The notes under the pieces were generated by a model that did not search any database, had not been told where the DNA came from, and was given only the letters and a program-made list of their open reading frames with translations. A stretch of 43,056 nt of DNA, from contig DATEUE010000296.1 in NCBI GenBank assembly GCA_035283305.1, positions 1 through 43,056 of the forward strand. Reading direction: 5' to 3'. This DNA comes from Vicinamibacteria bacterium (GTDB taxonomy: Bacteria > Acidobacteriota > Vicinamibacteria > Fen-336). A program made the translations under genes and the position numbers. Positions 1 through 8,724 of the stretch are shown here, one piece after another; within the stretch, counting starts at the first letter, position 1; each line of letters starts with the position of its first letter.

Positions 1-31
1 TGCGCAGTCCGTTGCGTGCTGCGGTGCGCGC

Positions 32-60
32 TTGTGGGTCGGGCGCGGGCGGGGTAGCAT
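32..60 (+). promoter_or_regulatory. Putative sigma70-type promoter of the pyrR operon (TTGTGG-17nt-TAGCAT), near-leaderless
   Basis: TTGTGG at 32-37 and TAGCAT at 55-60 with a 17-nt spacer. The -10 ends 9 nt before the GTG start at 70, with no Shine-Dalgarno between. Confidence 0.35.
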
Positions 61-69
61 GCGCGCGCC

Positions 70-687
70 GTGGCGAGCGTGACCCTGATGGATGCCGGGC
101 GGATGGCCCGCACCCTTTCCCGGATGGCCCACGAGATCCTGGAGCGCCATCCAGACCCGAAGCGGCTGGCGTTCGTGGGCGTGCGTAGCCGCGGGGTGCC
201 GCTCGCGCGCCGGCTCGCGCGGCTCGTGCGCGAGGCCGCCGGGGCCGAGCCGGCGGTGGGGGCGCTCGACATCTCGCTCTACCGCGACGACTTCACGAGC
301 CTGGCCGCGCAGCCGATCACCAAGGGCAGCGACATCCTGTTCTCGATCGATGGGCGCACGCTGGTGCTGGTCGACGACGTGCTCTACACCGGCCGCACCG
401 TCCGCGCGGCGCTCGACCAGCTGATCGACTTCGGGCGGCCCGCGCGCATCGAGCTCGCGGTGCTCGTCGACCGCGGCCACCGCGAGCTGCCGATCCGCGC
501 CGACTACGTCGGCCGAACGCTGGCCACCTCGCGCGAGGAGGCCGTCCAGGTCCTGGTGCAGGAGGAGGACGGTCGCGACGAGGTGCAGCTCGTACGCAAG
601 CCGGGCGCGCGGGCGCCGGTCTCTCGGCCCAGGCCGCGCCGGCCGGCGCCCCGCACGCGCAAGGCGCCGAGCAGGAAGAAGCGGTGA
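70..687 (+). CDS. pyrR: Bifunctional pyrimidine operon regulator / uracil phosphoribosyltransferase PyrR, with a basic Arg/Pro-rich C-terminal tail
   Basis: GTG start. PRTase motif [12 protein letters not shown] and a PyrR-like N-terminus ([10 protein letters not shown]...[13 protein letters not shown]). Stop overlaps the pyrB start (GTGA). High GC3. Confidence 0.9.
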   Translation: MASVTLMDAGRMARTLSRMAHEILERHPDPKRLAFVGVRSRGVPLARRLARLVREAAGAEPAVGALDISLYRDDFTSLAAQPITKGSDILFSIDGRTLVLVDDVLYTGRTVRAALDQLIDFGRPARIELAVLVDRGHRELPIRADYVGRTLATSREEAVQVLVQEEDGRDEVQLVRKPGARAPVSRPRPRRPAPRTRKAPSRKKR

Positions 688-1616
688 GCTTCCCGCACCG
701 GCACCTGCTGGGAATCGAGCCGCTCGAGCCCACGGAGATCCTGACGATCCTCGACACGGCGGACGCGCTGCGGGAGATCCTCGACCGGCCGATCAAGAAG
801 GTCCCGGCGCTGCGCGGCAAGACTGTCGTCAACCTGTTCTACGAGCCCTCGACGCGGACGCGCTCCTCGTTCGAGATCGCCGAGCGCGTGCTCTCGGCGG
901 ACAGCCTCTCGATCGCCACCGCGGCCTCGAGCGTCACGAAGGGCGAGACGCTGCTCGACACCGCGCGCAACCTCGAGGCGATGAACCCGGACATGGTGAT
1001 CATGCGCCACGCGAGCTCGGGCGCGCCGCACATGCTCGCGCGCCACTGTCGCTTCTCGGTGGTGAACGCGGGCGACGGGGCGCACGAGCACCCGACGCAG
1101 GCGCTGCTCGACGCGCTCACGATGCGCCAGAAGAAGGGGCGGCTCAAGGGGCTGCGGGTGGCGATCGTCGGCGACATCCTGCACAGCCGCGTGGCGCGCT
1201 CGAACCTGTGGCTGCTCACCAAGCTCGGCGCCTCGGTGGTGCTCGCCGGCCCGCCCACGCTGATCCCACCCGGGTTCGAGCGCATGGCTGAGGTGACGCA
1301 CCGGATCGACGAGGCGGTCGAGGGCGCGGACGTGGTGATGATGCTGCGCATCCAGCTCGAGCGCATGTCCGGCGGCTTCTTCCCGACGACGCGCGAGTAC
1401 CACCGCGTCTTCGGGCTCACCGAGGAGCGCGTGCGGCGCGCGAAGAAGGACGTGCTCGTGATGCACCCGGGGCCGATGAACCGCGGCGTCGAGATCGCGA
1501 GCGAGGTGGCGGACGGTCCGTACTCGGTGATCCTCGATCAGGTGACGAACGGCGTCGCGGTGCGGATGGCGGTGCTCTACCTGCTCCTCGGCGGGAGCGC
1601 GGAGGCGGCCTCATGA
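684..1616 (+). CDS. pyrB: Aspartate carbamoyltransferase catalytic subunit
   Basis: [13 protein letters not shown] carbamoyl-phosphate motif and HPTQALLD. 4-nt overlaps with pyrR and pyrC. Confidence 0.95.
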   Translation: MSFPHRHLLGIEPLEPTEILTILDTADALREILDRPIKKVPALRGKTVVNLFYEPSTRTRSSFEIAERVLSADSLSIATAASSVTKGETLLDTARNLEAMNPDMVIMRHASSGAPHMLARHCRFSVVNAGDGAHEHPTQALLDALTMRQKKGRLKGLRVAIVGDILHSRVARSNLWLLTKLGASVVLAGPPTLIPPGFERMAEVTHRIDEAVEGADVVMMLRIQLERMSGGFFPTTREYHRVFGLTEERVRRAKKDVLVMHPGPMNRGVEIASEVADGPYSVILDQVTNGVAVRMAVLYLLLGGSAEAAS

Positions 1617-2899
1617 GCCGGCTGCTGGTGAAGGGCGGGCGCGTCGTCGACCCGTCGCAGGGAATCGACAGGGCGCTCGACGTGCTGCTCGAGGACGGGA
1701 AGGTCGAGAAGCTGGCGCCGCGCATCCCGGCGCGGGGTGCGGAGCTGATCGAGGCGGGCGGGCTCGTGGTCTGCCCCGGCTTCATCGACATCCACACCCA
1801 CCTGCGCGAGCCCGGTCGCGAGGACAAGGAGACGATCGCGAGCGGGACGCGCGCGGCCGCCGCGGGTGGCTTTACGGCCGTCTGCGCCATGCCGAACACC
1901 CACCCGGTGAACGACACCGCCGGGATCACACGCGCGATCGTGGAGAAGGCCCGCGCCGAGGGCAGCGTGCGTGTCTATCCGATAGGTGCCATCACGCGCG
2001 GCCAGCTGGGCGAGGAGCTCGCCGAGTTCGGCGACCTTCAGGAAGCCGGCTGTGTCGCGTTCTCGGACGACGGCAAGCCGGTGGCGAGCGCGCGCATGAT
2101 GCGGCGCGCCCTGGAGTACGCGCGGACCTTCGGCCTGGTGCTGATCGACCACTGCGAGGAGCCCACCCTCGCCGAGAAGGCCTGCATGAACGAGGGGCCG
2201 GTCTCGACCGTCCTCGGGCTGCGCGGCGCGCCGGCCGCGGGCGAGGCGATCATGGTCGAGCGCGACGTCCTGCTGGCCGAGCTGACAGGCGGCCGGGTCC
2301 ACATCGCGCACCTCTCGGCGGCGGCTTCGCTCGACGCCGTGCGCCGCGGCAAGGCCCGCGGCGTGAAGGTCACCGCCGAGGTCACGCCGCACCACCTGTT
2401 CCTGACCGACGAGGCCGTGCGCGAGACGGGCTACGACACGAACACCAAGATGAACCCGCCGCTGCGCGCCGAGCCCGACCGGGCCGCGCTCATCGAGGGG
2501 CTGCGCGACGGGACGATCGACTGCATCGCGACCGACCACGCGCCCCACACGGTCGACGACAAGCACGTCGAGTACGACCAGGCAGCTTTCGGCATCGTCG
2601 GCCTAGAGACCGCCGTGCCGCTCTGCCTCGACCGGCTGGTGGGAGCCGGGCTCGTCGAGCTGTCGCAGCTCGTGGCGCTCCTGTCGACGAACCCCGCGCG
2701 CGTGCTTGGGCTTGCGGGGGGGACGCTCGCGCCCGGCTCGCCCGCCGACCTGACGCTGCTGGATCTGACGAAGCGGCGGACCGTCGACCCGGCCCGCTTC
2801 GAGAGCCGCAGCCGCAACACGCCGTTTGGGGGTTTGGCGCTCCGCGGCTGGCCAGCGGCCACGATCGTGGCGGGACGAGTCGCCTGGAAGGCGAGCTGA
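1613..2899 (+). CDS. pyrC: Dihydroorotase
   Basis: [10 protein letters not shown] (HxH metal ligands) and an amidohydrolase-type layout. ATGA overlap with the pyrB stop. Confidence 0.9.
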   Translation: MSRLLVKGGRVVDPSQGIDRALDVLLEDGKVEKLAPRIPARGAELIEAGGLVVCPGFIDIHTHLREPGREDKETIASGTRAAAAGGFTAVCAMPNTHPVNDTAGITRAIVEKARAEGSVRVYPIGAITRGQLGEELAEFGDLQEAGCVAFSDDGKPVASARMMRRALEYARTFGLVLIDHCEEPTLAEKACMNEGPVSTVLGLRGAPAAGEAIMVERDVLLAELTGGRVHIAHLSAAASLDAVRRGKARGVKVTAEVTPHHLFLTDEAVRETGYDTNTKMNPPLRAEPDRAALIEGLRDGTIDCIATDHAPHTVDDKHVEYDQAAFGIVGLETAVPLCLDRLVGAGLVELSQLVALLSTNPARVLGLAGGTLAPGSPADLTLLDLTKRRTVDPARFESRSRNTPFGGLALRGWPAATIVAGRVAWKAS

Positions 2900-2911
2900 G
2901 GACGAACAGCC

Positions 2912-3868
2912 TCAGCAGTCGACGAGCACCTTCATGGCTCCGGGTCTCGCGGCGTGGTCGAAGGCCGCCACCGCGTCGGCGAGCGGGTAGCGGGCCTCCA
3001 CCAGCGGGCGCGGGTCGACGCGCCCCGCGGCGAGGAGCTCGAGCGCCGGGGCGAACGGGCCGCAGCGCGAGCCCACCAGCGTGATCTCGTCCACGACGAA
3101 GCGCGCCAGGTCGACTTCCGCCTTGCCGTGGTAGGTGCTCTTCAGCACGATCGTGCCGCGCGGACGCACGGCGCGCCGGGCGAGCTCGAGGCCGTCGGGG
3201 TGGCCGGTGCACTCGACGACCAGGTCCGCGACGCGTGGCTCGATCGCCTCGGGCGTCGCCGTGGCGATCCCGCGGGCGGCGAGGAGCGCGAGCGGGCGCG
3301 GGCTGCGGCCCACGACGAGCAGGCGGCAGCCCGTCACGGCGAGCGTCTGCGCGACGAGGTGGCCGAGCTTGCCCGCTCCGATCACCACGACCCGGTCGCC
3401 CGCGGCGATGCTCACCTGCTGCTGCAGCTCGAGGGCGGCAGCCGTGGGCTCGGTGAACACCGCCACGTCGTCCGGCAGCCCGTCCGGAACCGCGTGCAGG
3501 TTCGCGATCGGCAGCGTCAGGTGGGTCGCGAAAGCCCCGTTCCTGGCGACGATGCCCAAGACCGTCCGCTTCTCGCAGTGGGTGAGGCGGCCGGCCCGAC
3601 AGGTCGGGCATGCGCCGCAGGCGGCGTTGATCTCGCCCGCCACGCGCCTTCCGACCCACTCGGGCGCGCCGCTCGCCTGCTCGACCGTGCCCACGAACTC
3701 GTGGCCGGGCACGCCGGCGTAAGGGTAGTAGCCCCGCACCAGCTCCAGGTCGGTGTTGCAGACGCCGGCGACGCGCACGCGCACCAGAGCCTCGCCCGCC
3801 GGCGGCACGGGGACAGCAAGGTCATCGCGGAGGCGCAGCGCCTGCCCCTCGAGCCAGAGGGCGCGCAT
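2912..3868 (-). CDS. Zinc-dependent alcohol dehydrogenase family (MDR) oxidoreductase
   Basis: GVCNTDLE...GHEFVG catalytic zinc motif, CGACPTC structural zinc motif and a GAGKLG Rossmann motif. Confidence 0.8.
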   Translation of the reverse strand: MRALWLEGQALRLRDDLAVPVPPAGEALVRVRVAGVCNTDLELVRGYYPYAGVPGHEFVGTVEQASGAPEWVGRRVAGEINAACGACPTCRAGRLTHCEKRTVLGIVARNGAFATHLTLPIANLHAVPDGLPDDVAVFTEPTAAALELQQQVSIAAGDRVVVIGAGKLGHLVAQTLAVTGCRLLVVGRSPRPLALLAARGIATATPEAIEPRVADLVVECTGHPDGLELARRAVRPRGTIVLKSTYHGKAEVDLARFVVDEITLVGSRCGPFAPALELLAAGRVDPRPLVEARYPLADAVAAFDHAARPGAMKVLVDC

Positions 3869-3873
3869 ATGCT

Positions 3874-3904
3874 AGCGGGGGCCCGGGGGGCGCTCAGCCC
3901 CCCG
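3874..3904 (-). repeat. Type-2 G/C hairpin repeat (copy E), near-identical to 40781-40810
   Basis: Minus strand reads CGGGGGGCTGAGCGCCCCCCGGGCCCCCGCT. Stem GGGGGGC/GCCCCCC (3885-3891/3897-3903) with a 5-nt loop. Lies 3' of the M28 peptidase and ends 5 nt before the ADH ATG. Confidence 0.7.
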
Positions 3905-3933
3905 AAAACCCGTCCCAGAGAACCCCGGCAAAT

Positions 3934-3966
3934 CCCTTCTTTCTCTTTCTCTTCTTTCCGTTTCTC
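3934..3966 (-). repeat. Homopurine (GA-rich) / homopyrimidine tract
   Basis: The plus strand is 33 nt of C/T with a single G (cccttctttctctttctcttctttccGtttctc). Its centre tctctttctct is mirror-symmetric. Strongly atypical composition for this window. Confidence 0.8.
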
Positions 3967-3981
3967 GAATAGTCCCAGGCC

Positions 3982-5649
3982 CTAGCGCCCGATTTCGCGG
4001 AGCGCCTGAAGCCGCGCGGCCTCGAACTCGTCCCCGGGGCGCCAGGCAGGCGCGCGCGGCGCGTTCGCGACCTTGACCCCCAGCAGGAACAGCAGCCGCG
4101 CGTTCTCGACGACTCCCTCGAAGTTCCAGTCGGGCGTGAGGTCGTCCGAGGGCTGGTGGTAGTGCGCCTCCTGCCAGGCCTGGCGCCGCTCGCGGCCCCA
4201 TCCGGGCGGCTGGCCGACGATCTCCGTGCCCGCGTCCAGGAACGCGGCCGGCACGCCGAGGCGCGCGAAGCTCAAGTGATCGGAACGGTAGTACGAGCCC
4301 TTGTCCGGGAACGCCTCGGGGACGACCCTGCGTCCCTGCATCTCGGCGATCGCGCGGATCCAGTCGTCGAGCGAGGACTTGCCGAGCCCGATCAAGGGGA
4401 CATCCTGCGTGCGGCCCCAGATGCTGGCGCCGTCGATGTTGACGTTGGCGGCGACGAGCCCGCGGTGCAGCGGCAGGTGCTGCGCCAGGTACTGCGAGCC
4501 CAGCAGGCCCTGCTCCTCGGCGGTCACGGATGCAAACAGGATCGTGCGTGCCGGGCGCTCGGGCAGCGCCGCGAACGCCTCGGCCACCGCGAGGAGGGTG
4601 GCGACGCCGGCCGCGTTGTCGAGCGCCCCGTTGTAGACCGCCGGTTCGCCCGATCCCTGGGCCTTGATCCCGTAGTGGTCGTGGTGTGCCGTGTAGATGA
4701 CGGCTTCCTTCGCGAGCCCCGCAGGCTCACGCCCGAGCAGCCGCCCGACCACGTTCGCGCTCGCCCGCCGGACGACCTCGTTCTTCAGCACCGCGGAGAG
4801 TCGCACGCCAAGCGGCACCGGCCGGAACTCGCGCGTCTCGGCCCGCGCGCGGAGAGTGTCGAGGTCCTGCCCGGCGAGTCGCGCGATCCGACGGCACGCG
4901 TCCTCGGTGGCCCAGGCCTTGAGCGGGAGCACGGCCTCGTCCGAGGCCGGCAGGCTGAGTTGCTCGCCCGACCAGGAGTTCTGGACCACGGACCAGCTGT
5001 AGCCGGCCGAGGCGTTCGTGTGGATCACGATGGCACCGGCCGCGCCGCGCGCGGCCGCCATCAGGTACTTGTAGTCCCAGCGTCCGTAGAAAAGGCGCCG
5101 CTTCCCGGCGAAAAGGCCCGGATCGCTCTCCGGGTCGTTGTTCATGAAGAGCAGGACCTTGCCTCGCAGCTCCGCGCCCTTGTAGTCGTCCCAGGCGTGC
5201 TCCGGGGCGACGATGCCGTAGCCCACGAAGACGATCTCGGCGTCCTCGACGCGCAGCTCGCCGTCCGCGCTCCCGGTGTAGGCGATGTAGTCGTCGCGCA
5301 GCCGCAACGAGGCGGCCTGGCCCTCGCGGGTGACGCGCAGCTCCTCGGGGGCGTGCGTCGTCACGCCCACGAGCTCGACCGGCTGCTCCCAGGTCGAGCC
5401 GATGGCCGGCTCGAGGCCGATCGCCTCGAACCGCGCCGCGACGTACTCGCGCGCGAGGCGATCGCCGCGAGTCCCGGGCGCGCGCCCTTCGAGGAGATCG
5501 CTCGAGAGGAAGCGGACGTCCGCTCGCAGGCGTTGCGCGCGGACGGTCTCGGCCGCGAGACGCTCCTCGTCCGTCATCAGCGCCGGCCGGATCACAGCGA
5601 GCGAGGTTGCCGTGACCATCGCCAGGGCCCCGGCCAGCACGAGTCTCAC
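3982..5649 (-). CDS. M28 family metallopeptidase (aminopeptidase) with PA-like insert, N-terminal signal/anchor
   Basis: GTG start. M28 metal-ligand motifs YTAHHDHYG, LDNAAGVA, TAEEQGLLGS and YYRSDH. Hydrophobic N-terminus. Confidence 0.8.
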   Translation of the reverse strand: MRLVLAGALAMVTATSLAVIRPALMTDEERLAAETVRAQRLRADVRFLSSDLLEGRAPGTRGDRLAREYVAARFEAIGLEPAIGSTWEQPVELVGVTTHAPEELRVTREGQAASLRLRDDYIAYTGSADGELRVEDAEIVFVGYGIVAPEHAWDDYKGAELRGKVLLFMNNDPESDPGLFAGKRRLFYGRWDYKYLMAAARGAAGAIVIHTNASAGYSWSVVQNSWSGEQLSLPASDEAVLPLKAWATEDACRRIARLAGQDLDTLRARAETREFRPVPLGVRLSAVLKNEVVRRASANVVGRLLGREPAGLAKEAVIYTAHHDHYGIKAQGSGEPAVYNGALDNAAGVATLLAVAEAFAALPERPARTILFASVTAEEQGLLGSQYLAQHLPLHRGLVAANVNIDGASIWGRTQDVPLIGLGKSSLDDWIRAIAEMQGRRVVPEAFPDKGSYYRSDHLSFARLGVPAAFLDAGTEIVGQPPGWGRERRQAWQEAHYHQPSDDLTPDWNFEGVVENARLLFLLGVKVANAPRAPAWRPGDEFEAARLQALREIGR

Positions 5650-5796
5650 AGGTCCGCGCGCCTCATTTTTTTGTGGACGGATCTCAAGTGACGTGTCATA
5701 TTATGCCCTGTAACCATGCTTCAAGGCAAGATTCTTGGAAGATACACGGTTGGCGACCTCCAGTGTGATAGTCGATTTATGTATAGGGAGTAGACC

Positions 5797-6519
5797 ATGG
5801 CGGTTGCGGCTCCTGTCACGGGGCGACACTCGATCGTCGTGCCGTCCACGCTGTTCGTACCGGGTGGGCGGTTCTCGATGGGCTCCGACGAGGGGCGGGC
5901 CGACGAGCGGCCTGCCCACGAGGTCGACGTGCGCCCACTGCGCTTCGGCCGCACGCCCGTGACCAACATGGAGTACGCCTGGTTCCTGGCTTCGGGCCGC
6001 GTGCCCGAGCCGCCCTGGTGGAAGGACCCCGTCTTCTGGGGGCCCGACCAGCCGGTCGTCGGCGTCACCTGGTTCGAGGCGACGGCCTACTGCTACTGGC
6101 TGTCGGAGACGCTGGGCGGCCACTGGCGGCTGCCCACCGAGGCCGAGTGGGAGCACGGCGCGCGCGGCGGCCTCGACGCGGCGCGCACCTCGTGGGGCGA
6201 CGAGATCCCGCGCGGCGAGATCCCCGAAGCGCCGCTGTCGGGGCCCTGGCCCGTCGGGCGCGGCACGGCCAACGGCTACGGCCTGCTCGACATCGGCACC
6301 GTGGTCCACGAGTGGTGCTTCGACTGGTACGCCCCCGACGCCTACCGCCGCATGCGCCGCTACGACCCTCGCGGGCCCGAGCTGGGCGAGACGCGCGTGA
6401 GCCGCGGCGGCTCGTGGCGGCGCCACGTGCGCGACCTGCAGCTGGCCTCCCGTTCGGGTCGGCCGCCGCACGCTCGCGCCGCGGACTGCGGCTTCCGAGT
6501 GGTGCGCGAGGTGCCGTGA
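5797..6519 (+). CDS. Formylglycine-generating enzyme (SUMF1/FGE-sulfatase) domain protein
   Basis: FGE-domain signatures ERPAHEV, PVTNMEY, GVTWFEA..YC.WL, RLPTEAEWE, VHEWC and SRGGSW. GGGAG RBS 8 nt upstream of the ATG. Confidence 0.8.
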   Translation: MAVAAPVTGRHSIVVPSTLFVPGGRFSMGSDEGRADERPAHEVDVRPLRFGRTPVTNMEYAWFLASGRVPEPPWWKDPVFWGPDQPVVGVTWFEATAYCYWLSETLGGHWRLPTEAEWEHGARGGLDAARTSWGDEIPRGEIPEAPLSGPWPVGRGTANGYGLLDIGTVVHEWCFDWYAPDAYRRMRRYDPRGPELGETRVSRGGSWRRHVRDLQLASRSGRPPHARAADCGFRVVREVP

Positions 6520-6875
6520 GCGCCCAGCGCGACAACGTCGTCGCGGGCGAGCGCCGCCAAGCGCCGCGCCTCGAGCCGGCTGAGCTCGCCGAGCCCGTGC
6601 TCGTGGTCGGATCGCGGCTCGTCAACATCGGACCCGGCGGCCTGATGCTCGAGGCGCCCGTGCCGCTCGCGCCGGACTCGCCGCTCCACCTGCACCTGCT
6701 CGTCGGCGGCGAGCGCACCGATCTCGACGCCCGAGTGCGCGGCTGCGTCCAGCGCGGCATCGGCCGGCGCGCCGCGTGGGGCGTGGGCGTTCAGTTCGAG
6801 ACGCTGGGCTCCGTCGCGCGCGAGCGCCTGGAGCGCGCGCTCGGCATCGGTCCGCGCACCAAGGGGCGCGCCTAG
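6516..6875 (+). CDS. PilZ domain protein (putative c-di-GMP receptor)
   Basis: Last 119 codons of ORF 6018..6875. The GTG at 6516 overlaps the FGE stop (GTGA). RxxxR (RQAPR) and N-x-G-x-x-G (NIGPGG) resemble the PilZ RxxxR / D-x-S-x-x-G motifs. Confidence 0.55.
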   Translation: MSAQRDNVVAGERRQAPRLEPAELAEPVLVVGSRLVNIGPGGLMLEAPVPLAPDSPLHLHLLVGGERTDLDARVRGCVQRGIGRRAAWGVGVQFETLGSVARERLERALGIGPRTKGRA

Positions 6876-6880
6876 GAGCC

Positions 6881-8176
6881 TCAGGCCTCAGGTCGAGGCC
6901 AGGCTGGCGGCCAGTCGCGGGGCGCGGGCGGCTCCTGTGCGCGGGCTCGTTCGAAGACCCGCTCCCACTCGGCGGCGACACGCTCCGGCGCGTGCTCACG
7001 GCTCACGTATGAGGAAGCTGCGCGCCCCAGCGCGAGGCGCAACGCCGCGTCGCCGCAGAGCCTCAGCAGCGCGGCGTGGAGCGCCGCCTCTTCGTCGGCC
7101 AGGTCCACGCGCAGGACCGCGTCCTGGGGCAGGTCGGCCTGCTGCTCCAGGTCAGACACGATCGTCGGCCGCCCCTGGGCCAGCACCCGCAACAGCGCGG
7201 CCGAGGTCTCGCGCGCCGTGGGGTAGCGCAGGTGCGCGACCACGTCCGCAGCCTCGATGTGCTCCGCGAGCTCCGCGAGCGGCACACGACCCGTGAAGAC
7301 CGTGCGCCCGCGAACGCCGAGCCGGTCGAGCTCCGACTCGAGCCGCGGCTGGTCCGGGATCGGTCCCACGAGCAGCAGGCGCAGCCCGGGGTGCGACTCC
7401 GCCGCGCGCGCCAACGCGCGCGCCACGACGAGCGGCCGCTTCTCCTGGGTCAGCAGGCCGAAGACGCCGACCACGAGGTGGCTCGCGTCGAAGCCGAGCC
7501 GCGCGCGCAGCTCGCCCACGGCACGTGCGTCCACGGCCACGCGGGCGACCGGCATCGGTACGCACTCGACGGGAACGTCGGGGACCTCCGCGCGGATCGC
7601 CTCGGCCATGAAGCGGTTGTGCACGGCCACGAGCCGCGAGGCCTCGACCGGGATCCGGAACAGCGGGTACGCGTAGGGCAGCAGGTCGCCCACCGTGCCG
7701 AGCTGCGCCGCGAAGAGCCGCGCCCCCTGCGCCGGGTACGCGTACTCGAGCTCCGCGCGCCAGGCCTCGAGCACGGGTGCTGCCCGTTCCCGCGCCGTGA
7801 CGCTCGCGGGGCTCGCGCGCCATGCGCGCACCGGCTCCGCCTCGAGGAACTGGGCGGCGCGGGCATGGTGCAGCACCAGGTCGTGGAGCACCAGCAGCCC
7901 GGGCACGCGCGAGACGAGGTCATAGAGGAAGTCGTGGCTCGGGCCGTTGCCCATCTGGTAGACGGCGAGGTCGAAGCGCTGGCGCCGGTGCCGCTCGAGG
8001 AAGCGGTCGGCGGGGTGAAGCGGCAGGCCATCGGGGAGACGCGCGGCGTCGACCTCGTCCTGCGCGTGGAAGAGCTCGATCTCGTGGTGCTTGGCCACGA
8101 GCGCAAGCAGGTCGGCCGCGTAGTCCGCGACGCCGCTCGGCTGGGGCGGCAACGGCGAAACGAACGCGAGCCGCAC
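6881..8176 (-). CDS. Glycosyltransferase family 1 (GT-B, GT4-like)
   Basis: C-terminal Glycos_transf_1-like region (LLLVGP...FTGRVPLAELAEHIEAADVVAHLRYPTARETSAALLRVLAQGRPTIVSD). GGGAGG RBS 6 nt upstream of the GTG. Confidence 0.8.
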   Translation of the reverse strand: MRLAFVSPLPPQPSGVADYAADLLALVAKHHEIELFHAQDEVDAARLPDGLPLHPADRFLERHRRQRFDLAVYQMGNGPSHDFLYDLVSRVPGLLVLHDLVLHHARAAQFLEAEPVRAWRASPASVTARERAAPVLEAWRAELEYAYPAQGARLFAAQLGTVGDLLPYAYPLFRIPVEASRLVAVHNRFMAEAIRAEVPDVPVECVPMPVARVAVDARAVGELRARLGFDASHLVVGVFGLLTQEKRPLVVARALARAAESHPGLRLLLVGPIPDQPRLESELDRLGVRGRTVFTGRVPLAELAEHIEAADVVAHLRYPTARETSAALLRVLAQGRPTIVSDLEQQADLPQDAVLRVDLADEEAALHAALLRLCGDAALRLALGRAASSYVSREHAPERVAAEWERVFERARAQEPPAPRDWPPAWPRPEA

Positions 8177-8191
8177 GCGCGCCTCCCGCCC

Positions 8192-8713
8192 CTAGTCGAG
8201 TTTCGTCCCGCCGGGAAGGGCGTCCAGGCGCCGGGCGAGCGACTCGAGCCTGCGGTCGAAGGCCTCGAGCAGCAGCTCGGACCTCGTGGTGGCGAGAGCC
8301 GTCGCGACGCGGTCGCGCGCGTCCACGACGGGCTCGACGCGCTGCGCGTAGCGGACGAGGGCGCCGGCCAGCTCCCGCAGCCGCGCGTGGAGCGACTCGG
8401 CCTGCGTCAGATAGGCGTTCAGCAGCTGCACGAGCGCGGCGTTGAAGGCTTGCTGCCGTTCCACGGCGGGCGCCACGGCGCTCCACGCCTGCCGCCGGAT
8501 CACGCCCATCGCTCCTCCCGCGTCGGGCGGGGGCGGGGCAGCCCACAGGGTGTTGAGCGCCGTGAGCCGCTCGCGGATCTCGGGGGCGGCCTCGGTCGGC
8601 AGCGACAGCGCCGAGAGCCTGTCGATCGCCGCGAGCACCTCGGCGTAGGCGCCCTCTTCCTCGGCCAGGCGGGCCCGAAGCGCCTCGAGTGCGGGGTGCT
8701 CGGGATCGGCCAC
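8192..8713 (-). CDS. Hypothetical protein, Ala/Leu/Arg-rich, probably coiled-coil
   Basis: Only the last 173 codons of ORF 8192..9235 can be coding, because the upstream gene ends at 8725. The first in-frame start is the GTG at 8713. High GC3. 15 nt upstream of the GT1 gene. Confidence 0.5.
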   Translation of the reverse strand: MADPEHPALEALRARLAEEEGAYAEVLAAIDRLSALSLPTEAAPEIRERLTALNTLWAAPPPPDAGGAMGVIRRQAWSAVAPAVERQQAFNAALVQLLNAYLTQAESLHARLRELAGALVRYAQRVEPVVDARDRVATALATTRSELLLEAFDRRLESLARRLDALPGGTKLD

Positions 8714-8724
8714 GGGAGCGTCCG

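Noticed and set aside
5650-5796. AT-rich (about 45% GC by eye) divergent region between the M28 peptidase and FGE genes. It includes a 21-codon ORF (ATG at 5703) and -35/-10-like hexamers (TTGTGG 5671-5676, CATATT 5697-5702).
   Set aside because: Hexamer spacings (19-22 nt) are poor, and the mini-ORF has no coding signature. It is most simply a shared promoter region, and I cannot define elements with confidence.
6018-6875. 285-aa ORF overlapping the 3' half of the FGE gene.
   Set aside because: Only the part after the FGE stop (6516 onward) has protein-like, PilZ-like sequence. The upstream part is out-of-frame read-through of the FGE gene, so the CDS was trimmed to 6516..6875.
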